From: Geopsychrobacteraceae bacterium
GTDB taxonomy: Bacteria > Desulfobacterota > Desulfuromonadia > Desulfuromonadales > Geopsychrobacteraceae
Assembly: GCA_963662315.1 (NCBI GenBank)
Contig: OY759353.1
Coordinates: 768,001-832,000, forward strand
Length of the DNA: 64,000 nt
Direction: 5' to 3'
The position numbers were made by a program, and so were the translations under genes. Each line of letters opens with the position of its first letter. Position 1 is the stretch's first letter. A model generated the notes under the pieces. It was not told the origin of the DNA and did no database searches. It saw only the letters and a program-made list of their open reading frames with translations. Of this stretch, positions 1 to 6,149 are shown one piece after another.

Positions 1-398
1 CTGACCGCTTCGGTTTGTCACAGCTTCATCAGTTGCGTGGTCGGGTTGGTCGTGGTGCAGAGCAGAGCTATTGTATTTTGATTCCCTCTGAAAATTACAG
101 CCATGACGCCGACCGTCGCCTTCAGGTTATGGTGCAGACCAACGATGGTTTCAAAATTGCCGAGGCCGACCTCGAAATACGTGGCCCTGGCGATTTTCTT
201 GGTACAAGGCAAGCGGGCTTACCCGAATTCAGGGTTGCAAACCTGGTAAAAGATCTCCAAATTCTTGAAGTCGCACGTAATGAAGCATTTGCCTATGTTG
301 CCAAAAGCGATAATCTAGAGACTCCTGAAGCTCAAATTATCCGGTCTGAATTGGTTAGAAGATGGGGGGGACGACTGGAATTAGCCGCTATAGGCTGA
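1..398 (+). CDS. recG: ATP-dependent DNA helicase RecG, 3' part (truncated by window edge)
   Basis: Helicase motif VI '[17 protein letters not shown]' and RecG TRG motif '[25 protein letters not shown]'; ORF runs off the left edge. Confidence 0.95.
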   Translation, partial: DRFGLSQLHQLRGRVGRGAEQSYCILIPSENYSHDADRRLQVMVQTNDGFKIAEADLEIRGPGDFLGTRQAGLPEFRVANLVKDLQILEVARNEAFAYVAKSDNLETPEAQIIRSELVRRWGGRLELAAIG

Positions 399-434
399 TA
401 AGATAAACCTCTGACAAACTTTCAGGAGGCTGAT

Positions 435-1397
435 ATGAGAGCTGTTCAAGTTGAACAATTTGGTGAACCTCAAGTACTTAAAACTGTAGAAATGCCAAGT
501 CCTTATACATTAGAGCATCAGGTAAAGGTTGAAGTTAAGGCTGTTGGGGTTAATCCTGTTGATACATATATCAGAGCCGGTATTTATCCGCTAAAGCCTG
601 ATCTTCCATATGTCCCAGGAAATGATGCCGCTGGCATTATCTCTGAAGTTGGTTCTGGAGTACTACATCACAAAGTCGGGGATCACGTGTATGTCTTTGG
701 ACAGAATATTGGTGCCTATGCAGAGGAACTTGTCTGCAACCAAGCTCATGTTTATAGGCTGCCAGAGAATGTTTCATTTGTCACTGGTGCTGCCGTTGGC
801 GTTCCTTACACTACAGCGTTTTATGGGCTCATTTACCGCGCACAAGCGAAACCAGGAGAAACAATTCTTATTCATGGTGCTAGTGGCGCTGTTGGCTTGG
901 CTGCTATCCAGATCGCCAAGTCATACGGAATGCGCGTTATCGGCACCGCTGGTACTGAACAAGGTATAAGTTTACTCAAAGAACAAGGAGTCATTGCTGC
1001 TCTGAATCACCATGAGAATAATTATCTGGATGCGCTGGGTGAGCTGACATGTGATTGTGGCCCAGATGTTATTCTTGAAATGCTTGCTAATGTTAACCTG
1101 AATAACGATCTGAAGGTAATTGCCCGGCACGGTCGCATTGTTGTTATTGGGAATCGGGGCACGATTGAAATAAATCCTCGTGATACGATGGGGAAAAATG
1201 CATCTATCCTAGGGATGGCTGCTTTTAATGCTTCCAGGGCTGAGTTGTTTCAGATCCATTCGGCAATTTATTCTGGTCTTACAGATGGTCGTTTTAAACC
1301 GGTTATTCGTGTGGAATTACCATTGACCCGAGCAGCAGACGCTCACAAGCTTGTTATGGAACCCGGTGGAAACGGAAAGATTATTCTTGTCCCTTGA
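435..1397 (+). CDS. qor: NADPH:quinone oxidoreductase (zeta-crystallin/MDR family)
   Basis: 'GVNPVD', 'LPYVPGNDAAG', nucleotide-binding 'HGASGAVG', C-terminal 'GKIIL'; RBS GGAGG upstream. Confidence 0.88.
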   Translation: MRAVQVEQFGEPQVLKTVEMPSPYTLEHQVKVEVKAVGVNPVDTYIRAGIYPLKPDLPYVPGNDAAGIISEVGSGVLHHKVGDHVYVFGQNIGAYAEELVCNQAHVYRLPENVSFVTGAAVGVPYTTAFYGLIYRAQAKPGETILIHGASGAVGLAAIQIAKSYGMRVIGTAGTEQGISLLKEQGVIAALNHHENNYLDALGELTCDCGPDVILEMLANVNLNNDLKVIARHGRIVVIGNRGTIEINPRDTMGKNASILGMAAFNASRAELFQIHSAIYSGLTDGRFKPVIRVELPLTRAADAHKLVMEPGGNGKIILVP

Positions 1398-1484
1398 CCT
1401 TTTTAAGGGATATCTATCTAGGGGGTATATGAGATCGTCCGTTAGAAGGACCATTTGGAAACCTCAAATCTGGACGGTAATATT

Positions 1485-1512
1485 AGTTTACATAATATAT
1501 ATTATGCGACGT
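1485..1512 (-). promoter_or_regulatory. dif: dif-like XerCD recombination site (probable chromosomal dif / left junction of element)
   Basis: Minus strand reads ACGTCGCATAA-TATATA-TTATGTAAACT (11-6-11). The right arm and spacer match the B. subtilis dif as I recall it; the left arm has the GCATAA XerC core. Flanking core genes converge on this point. Confidence 0.85.
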
Positions 1513-1945
1513 TAAATATACGTCAATCCTTGGTGGGGTCTCTCGATGACCTCGCCACTCTCCAACCACCAACTTAACCCTAAAGTTACCCCTCTCGCTG
1601 ATGATCTGGTTGAAGTCTCCCTGACACTTCCGGATGATCTCGTTCATGACTTCCTCTTAGTCTTAGACTCACTGACCAATCTCGCCACCATTGTTCGAGC
1701 CAAGACCCGTTTAGCCAGGTACAAAGATAAAGCCGACGATATCCTTCAGGCCGAACGCTTCAAAGAGCGTGATGCTTTCTATGCTCGTGTCGTTAACCTG
1801 TACGACTGTCACATGGCTCGTGGCCTTAAACGTGATGCTGCTATCAAGCTGATCTCTAAGGAGCTACGCAAAGAAAAACATCCTTGGGCCTCGATCGAGT
1901 TGGTCAGGTCTTCTCTTGTTGCTGGTGGCCGGCCTCGTCAACGGA
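1496..1945 (+). repeat. ~450-bp direct repeat, copy A (partner 4034-4486)
   Basis: Direct comparison by eye: about 16 substitutions plus a 3-nt insertion in copy B. Confidence 0.95.
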
Positions 1946-1956
1946 GGAACTCATGA
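1546..1956 (+). CDS. Hypothetical 136-aa element protein (orf1), basic, with a possible helix-turn-helix-like C-terminus
   Basis: Retained in both copies with mostly synonymous differences; stop codon overlaps the rep start (ATGA). Confidence 0.8.
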   Translation: MTSPLSNHQLNPKVTPLADDLVEVSLTLPDDLVHDFLLVLDSLTNLATIVRAKTRLARYKDKADDILQAERFKERDAFYARVVNLYDCHMARGLKRDAAIKLISKELRKEKHPWASIELVRSSLVAGGRPRQRRNS

Positions 1957-2969
1957 ACTCCTCCGCTCCGATCCTTGCGGGGGCGTCCTGTAACACGCCC
2001 CCGCTAAATACAGAACCAACCCTTGATATTGCTACTATTCCTGAACAAAATCGAATAGTTATAGATTGGCTTGAAGTGACACTTCCTGACGAGTTTCGAT
2101 TGCAAAATAAATATCATTCCTTGAAGCATTATATCCGTATCTCTGGGGCTAAATTCAGTACTGCTCCCCGTGGCATGAATGGTTATTTGACCCGCATCAT
2201 TTACGGCAAAGCAGAGATTCTCATGGATGGCTCCGAAGGTATGGGCGTACACGTTATTCTTTCCGGTCAAGCCCTCCGGCAAATGGAGAATAGCCCTCTG
2301 GATTTTCTGCATTGGTGCCTCCACCATGATGGGAAGGTTTCCCGGATCGACCTTGCGTTGGATGATGTATCAGGCGAATTGACCCTCAATCGCGTTAAGC
2401 GTGCTGTTCGTGCTGGTGCTGCTTCCTGCAAGGCTAAACAGTATCGTCACATGGAAAGCGGTAAAGTCTCGACCGGTGAAGTCACTGGGGAAACTTTTTA
2501 TTTTGGATCAGCAAAGAGCGATACTCAGTATCGTATTTATGATAAGGCTGCAGAGCAAGGTCTAGATGGGCATTGGGTCCGCTGTGAAGGTCAATATCGG
2601 CATGAAAACGCTCATCGTGTCGCCCAGTTGGTCCATGCTGCAAAATTCGATATCGGCCCTATTTTCTGCGGTCTTCTCCGAGGCTATCTCAACTTCTTAA
2701 AGCCTTCGAAGACTGATAGCAATAAAAGCCGCTGGAAGGTCGCTTCTTGGTGGCTCGATCTTCTGCAAAGTGCTGAAAAGATAAAACTTTCCGTTCCAAA
2801 ACAGAAACCTACGATGGAACAGAAACTTAAATCGTTCACTAAACAAATGGCTCCAACTCTGGCAATGCTCGCAAGCTATTATCCTTCTCAAGTGATGAAA
2901 GATATGATGATGAATGGTAGATCCAGGTTAACTCAGGAGCAGCTAGAAATGTGTACGATTCCATTCTAA
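1953..2969 (+). CDS. Rolling-circle replication initiator, Rep_trans (PF02486-type; RstA/NicK/pT181 RepC-like)
   Basis: Motifs 'IDWLEVT', 'SRIDLALDD', 'GETFYFGS', 'RIYDKAAEQ', 'WVRCEGQYR'. ATG at 1953 with GGAGG at 1943-1947 is preferred over the TTG at 1884. Confidence 0.9.
   Translation: MNSSAPILAGASCNTPPLNTEPTLDIATIPEQNRIVIDWLEVTLPDEFRLQNKYHSLKHYIRISGAKFSTAPRGMNGYLTRIIYGKAEILMDGSEGMGVHVILSGQALRQMENSPLDFLHWCLHHDGKVSRIDLALDDVSGELTLNRVKRAVRAGAASCKAKQYRHMESGKVSTGEVTGETFYFGSAKSDTQYRIYDKAAEQGLDGHWVRCEGQYRHENAHRVAQLVHAAKFDIGPIFCGLLRGYLNFLKPSKTDSNKSRWKVASWWLDLLQSAEKIKLSVPKQKPTMEQKLKSFTKQMAPTLAMLASYYPSQVMKDMMMNGRSRLTQEQLEMCTIPF
1977..2004 (+). promoter_or_regulatory. Candidate nick-site hairpin (dso/oriT-like) inside the 5' end of rep
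   Basis: Perfect 10-bp stem GCGGGGGCGT/ACGCCCCCGC with loop CCTGTAAC. Confidence 0.55.
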
Positions 2970-3082
2970 CAATTTGCCGTTTATAGGGGAACGGCACTCG
3001 CGCAAGGGTTTCTTAACACTGCACTCCCCTACTCTTTCTCATACTGTCAGTTCTTGTAGTTCCAGCTGCTAGAACGATGCAT

Positions 3083-3112
3083 ACCGGTAGACTCTCTACT
3101 ACCGGTTTTTTT
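3083..3112 (+). terminator. Intrinsic terminator-like hairpin downstream of rep
   Basis: ACCGGTAG-actctcta-CTACCGGT followed by a T-run. Confidence 0.6.
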
Positions 3113-3127
3113 ATGGTGCGGAACAAT

Positions 3128-3404
3128 GCCGGTTGCGGTTGCGGGTTAACCCCGCACCGCACCGGCTTTAACCGCACCGCTCACCAATCCCGCTAGTTAT
3201 TTGCTGCTCCGCTACGCCATGCAAAACCATTTGTTTCTCTAAGAGAGACAGGCGCGCAACAGTTTGTAGCTACCTTCGTTTAGGTCAGGCGGCCCGCAAG
3301 GCCGAGCGACTGGGGACCCGCACGGGGTTACGTCCCCGTGTGGGGATTGGAAGCGATCCTGAACGACGGTAATAAGCCCCGATCTGTAACACTGGGGCGC
3401 TTAT
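3128..3404 (+). other. Hairpin-dense intergenic region (candidate single- and double-strand origin region)
   Basis: Stem-loops at 3128-3166, 3321-3340 (CACGGGG-ttacgt-CCCCGTG) and 3372-3404 (GCCCC-gatCTGTAACACt-GGGGC). Confidence 0.55.
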
Positions 3405-3418
3405 CTCAATTTTTTACT

Positions 3419-3452
3419 TTGACAATGGTGCTAGAAAAGTAGTACTACTTTT
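3419..3452 (+). promoter_or_regulatory. Sigma70-like promoter with an 18-bp palindromic operator upstream of the RHH gene
   Basis: TTGACA at 3419-3424; perfect palindrome AAAAGTAGTACTACTTTT at 3435-3452 covering the -10 position. Confidence 0.65.
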
Positions 3453-3476
3453 ATATTCCAACATGGAGGAAATATT

Positions 3477-3740
3477 ATGGCTCATGCTGACAGGAAGCAA
3501 TTTTCTATTTATTTAACTGATGAGCAAAACGAAAAGATTACTAAGTATGCTAAAAAGCTTGATATCTCAAAGCAAAGAATGATGTCAAATCTCCTTGATA
3601 TCGGTCTGGAAGATGTAGCAGTTCTTGATAAGATGGGCGTTTTGTTTTTAGGCGCAAGGGTTCGTGATCTAGTTCATAAGATCAAAAATGTTGACCCTGA
3701 TAAATTGGAGTCTTATTACGACGAATCGGAAGAGAGTTGA
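3477..3740 (+). CDS. Ribbon-helix-helix (CopG-like) DNA-binding protein
   Basis: 'RKQFSIYLTDEQNEKITKYAKKLDISKQRMMSNLL' has the beta-strand plus two-helix RHH pattern; RBS GGAGG at 3465-3469. Confidence 0.75.
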   Translation: MAHADRKQFSIYLTDEQNEKITKYAKKLDISKQRMMSNLLDIGLEDVAVLDKMGVLFLGARVRDLVHKIKNVDPDKLESYYDESEES

Positions 3741-3782
3741 CGTGTAGGTCAGTTTAATACTAGGATCTCAACCAATAAATGG

Positions 3783-3947
3783 TACAAGGACAGGTAACGC
3801 CAATTACCATATCTTGTATATGACAATTTGAACAGGAAAGCCCCTCAGAGCGCCAACTCCGAGAGGCTTAAACAAGGTGAAGCAGCAGAGCGCCAACTCT
3901 TTAGCTTCGTCGAATACCACCATCCTTCGGGGGATCAGGGGATTCTT
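3783..3947 (-). ncRNA. Candidate counter-transcribed antisense RNA with three UUGGCG-capped stem-loops
   Basis: Hairpin loops CGCCAA (+ strand) at 3798-3803, 3851-3856 and 3891-3896; minus-strand promoter directly upstream. Confidence 0.55.
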
Positions 3948-3952
3948 TTGTG

Positions 3953-3981
3953 ATCATATTTGTAATATGGGGATGTGTCAA
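3953..3981 (-). promoter_or_regulatory. Near-consensus sigma70 promoter firing leftwards
   Basis: Minus strand TTGACA (3981-3976), 17-nt spacer, TATGAT (3958-3953). Confidence 0.7.
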
Positions 3982-4022
3982 CCTCTCTCCTTCTTTGACG
4001 AATTATCAAAGAAAAACGAGAC

Positions 4023-4050
4023 ATTCAAAAACCTATATATTATGCGACGT
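4023..4050 (-). promoter_or_regulatory. Hybrid dif site (right junction): intact XerC arm and spacer, degenerate XerD arm
   Basis: Minus strand ACGTCGCATAA-TATATA-GGTTTTTGAAT; 17 bp identical to the site at 1496-1512, other arm diverged. Confidence 0.8.
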
Positions 4051-4083
4051 TAAATATACGTCAATCCGTGGTGGGGTCTCTCG

Positions 4084-4494
4084 ATGACCTCGCCATTCTC
4101 CAACCACCAACTTAACCCTAAAGTCACCCCTCTTGCTGATGATCTGGTTGAAGTCTCCCTGACGCTGCCGGATGATCTCGTCCATGACTTCCTCTTAGTC
4201 TTAGACTCACTGACAAACCTAGCCACCATTGTCCGAGCCAAGACCCGTTTAGCCAGGTACAAAGATAAGGCCGACGATATCCTTCAGGCCGAACGCTTCA
4301 AAGAGCGTGATGCTTTTTTCTATGCTCGTGTCGTTAACCTGTACGACTGTCACATGGCTCGTGGCCTTAAACGTGATGCAGCTATTAAGCTGATCTCTCA
4401 GGAGCTACGCAAAGAGAAACATCCTTGGGCCTCGATCGAGTTGGTCAGGTCTTCTCTTGTTGCTGGTGGCCGGCCTCGTCAACGGAAGACTTAA
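4084..4494 (+). CDS. Hypothetical element protein orf1, second allele
   Basis: Near-identical to 1546-1956: L5F, one extra F, one K>Q, altered last residues. Confidence 0.8.
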   Translation: MTSPFSNHQLNPKVTPLADDLVEVSLTLPDDLVHDFLLVLDSLTNLATIVRAKTRLARYKDKADDILQAERFKERDAFFYARVVNLYDCHMARGLKRDAAIKLISQELRKEKHPWASIELVRSSLVAGGRPRQRKT

Positions 4495-4649
4495 AGCATT
4501 ACATAAAAGAATTGTTCACCAAGCAAGTCGCCCCGTCCATGGCCTTTCTCTTTAAATATTACGGCCCTGAAACTATGGCCGAAATCATGACAAACGGCAT
4601 GTCTCGTTTAACTCAGGAACAACGGGAACTCTGTTCGATTCCGTTTTAG
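4487..4649 (+). pseudogene. Rep_trans C-terminal remnant
   Basis: 'FTKQVAPSMAFLFKYYGPETMAEIMTNGMSRLTQEQRELCSIPF' aligns with the Rep end 'FTKQMAPTLAMLASYYPSQVMKDMMMNGRSRLTQEQLEMCTIPF'; catalytic region absent. Confidence 0.8.
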
Positions 4650-4654
4650 AAAGG

Positions 4655-4858
4655 TTAATGATTTTCTGCAACCCAAGATTTTTCTATGCGATCAAAAACA
4701 TAATTCTTAACAATATTGCTACCGATAGGACCACCGATGCCTTCAATGCGCAGATCTCCTCCGGCATATTTAGATGACACAGCTTTGGCTTGTTCAAGAC
4801 TATTTGTAGATTCAACTAGTTTGCCATTGACGTAAAGGTTGTAAATGTAATCGGACAT
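4655..4858 (-). CDS. Small hypothetical protein (67 aa), possible element cargo
   Basis: ATG at 4858 preceded by AGGAG; converges on the rep remnant. Confidence 0.55.
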   Translation of the reverse strand: MSDYIYNLYVNGKLVESTNSLEQAKAVSSKYAGGDLRIEGIGGPIGSNIVKNYVFDRIEKSWVAENH

Positions 4859-5070
4859 TTCAACTCCTTGAGGCTGATAGCTATTCACGATGCTGATACG
4901 CTTAATAATTTATCAGAACATTTAGACATGGCAATCCTTCTGTTTTTTTCTGGATGACTGCAAATAAGCTTTCTGAAAACATCTTAATGATTGGGCTTCC
5001 CGCTTTCCAAGCAAAAGCTCTAGCCTGGGATTACAGGCTAGAAAAAATGGATAAATACATGGTGACAATA

Positions 5071-5103
5071 AAAAAGCCGACTTGTTGTTCAAGTCGGCTT
5101 TTT
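5071..5103. terminator. Bidirectional intrinsic terminator downstream of tRNA-Pro
   Basis: AAAAAGCCGACTTG-ttgtt-CAAGTCGGCTTTTT. Confidence 0.85.
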
Positions 5104-5106
5104 ACA

Positions 5107-5183
5107 TGGTCGGGATGATAGGATTTGAACCTACGGCCCCTTGACCCCCAGTCAAGTGCGCTACCAGACTGCGCCACATCCCG
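5107..5183 (-). tRNA. tRNA-Pro(GGG)
   Basis: Minus strand CGGGATGTGGCGCAGTCTGGTAGCGCA...CTTGA-CTGGGGG-TCAAG...GGTTCAAATCC...CCCGACCA; upstream TTGACA-17-AATAAT with a GC-rich discriminator. Confidence 0.97.
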
Positions 5184-5252
5184 TTAAACTTAACAGCGCC
5201 GCGAATTATTAATTATTCAATGTCGCTTGTCAAGGACAATTACCGTGTTTTG

Positions 5253-6149
5253 TTATTGGTTGGAATGTTTTAAGTCCGCGATAATTCCTTCGAGTAATCC
5301 TGAGTCGGAAACCCGAATGTGTTCCTGATTGAATTTATTGGCTAATGCTAGCAATATTTGCATGCCTGGAATAATAAGGTCTCCCCTGCCCGCTTCCATT
5401 CCTAGGAGTTGTTCCCTCTCTGTGATAGAAAGAGGCTGCATATAAGAGTGTATTTCGCTTAGCCAGCCGGTTGATATGGCGGAATTATTAATAAGGTCTA
5501 CATCGTACTCAGTAAGTCCAAGTTGCATGGCAGAGAGCGTTGTCACTGTACCTGCCGTACCGATTAATTCGTAGCGCATATGACCTAGTCCTGCGTTGGT
5601 AAGCCGCTCGACGAAGTCGTTCATTGTCATTTCAATAAAATTTATACAAGCTTCTGCACTGTCATACTCCTCACAAAGTCTAACCACTCCTAAAGGATAA
5701 CTATGTTGAAGTTTTGTCTGCTTATTTTGGATACAGATCAATTCCGTGCTTCCGCCGCCAATATCAATGATAATAGCCGTTTGCGGCATGGGATCCATTA
5801 CGGACAAGACGCCGCTGGTGGTCAGCATTGCTTCGGTGTCACCGGAAATAACGTCGAGTCTGATTCCTGTCTGGTCATGTACTGAGTCAAGGAACTGTTG
5901 GCTATTTTTTGCCCTTCTGACCGCTTCGGTTGCCACCGCACGATAACAAGTAACCTTGGCCTCAGCCATTATTTGGCTGAAGTCTTTCAACGCCGCCAGG
6001 GTTCTGTCCATACTGGCATGATTAAGGCAGCCATTGGAAAATTGCCCAGAAAGACGCGTTACCTGGCGATGATAGAGCTGGGTTCTGTGTTGTTCGTCTG
6101 CGATTAGAAGTCTGACAGTATTGCTACCGACATCAATAGCTCCTAACAT
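5253..6149 (-). CDS. ppx: Ppx/GppA family exopolyphosphatase
   Basis: 'AIDVGSNTVRL', 'ATEAVRRAKN', 'DIGGGSTE', 'GLLEG'. Confidence 0.9.
   Translation of the reverse strand: MLGAIDVGSNTVRLLIADEQHRTQLYHRQVTRLSGQFSNGCLNHASMDRTLAALKDFSQIMAEAKVTCYRAVATEAVRRAKNSQQFLDSVHDQTGIRLDVISGDTEAMLTTSGVLSVMDPMPQTAIIIDIGGGSTELICIQNKQTKLQHSYPLGVVRLCEEYDSAEACINFIEMTMNDFVERLTNAGLGHMRYELIGTAGTVTTLSAMQLGLTEYDVDLINNSAISTGWLSEIHSYMQPLSITEREQLLGMEAGRGDLIIPGMQILLALANKFNQEHIRVSDSGLLEGIIADLKHSNQ

Larger units (their letters stand above)
1496..4033 (+). mobile_element. 2538-bp integrase-less rolling-circle element integrated at dif (IMEX-like), copy 1
   Basis: Bounded by TATATA-TTATGCGACGT at 1496 and 4034. Contains a Rep_trans initiator, an RHH regulator, an unknown ORF and a hairpin-rich intergenic region. 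No integrase, capsid or morphogenesis genes. Confidence 0.8.
4034..4649 (+). mobile_element. Second, internally deleted copy of the dif-integrated element (right end not identified)
   Basis: Near-identical att flank and orf1, fused to a diverged Rep C-terminal remnant. Confidence 0.75.

Noticed and set aside
1884..1952. Longer 361-aa Rep starting at TTG 1884, and the matching 4425 start
   Set aside because: Overlaps orf1 by 70 nt; the ATG at 1953 has a GGAGG RBS and ATGA coupling.
3783..3908. CRISPR-like mini-array (CAGAGCGCCAACTC twice, 40 bp apart)
   Set aside because: Only two 14-bp copies, no cas genes and no regular spacers; better explained as hairpins sharing a loop.
4034..4486. Assembly artefact duplicating 1496-1945
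   Set aside because: The copies differ by about 16 mostly synonymous substitutions and an in-frame indel, as expected for diverged alleles.
1496..4649. Complete filamentous prophage
   Set aside because: No zot/pI ATPase, coat or ssDNA-binding genes are visible; only a replication and regulation module is present.
5056..5183. tRNA-Pro 3' end as the attachment site of the element
   Set aside because: No duplicated tRNA 3' end on the far side and no integrase. The only repeat (TACATGGT at 5056 and 5103) is 8 bp. The dif-like junctions explain the boundaries better.
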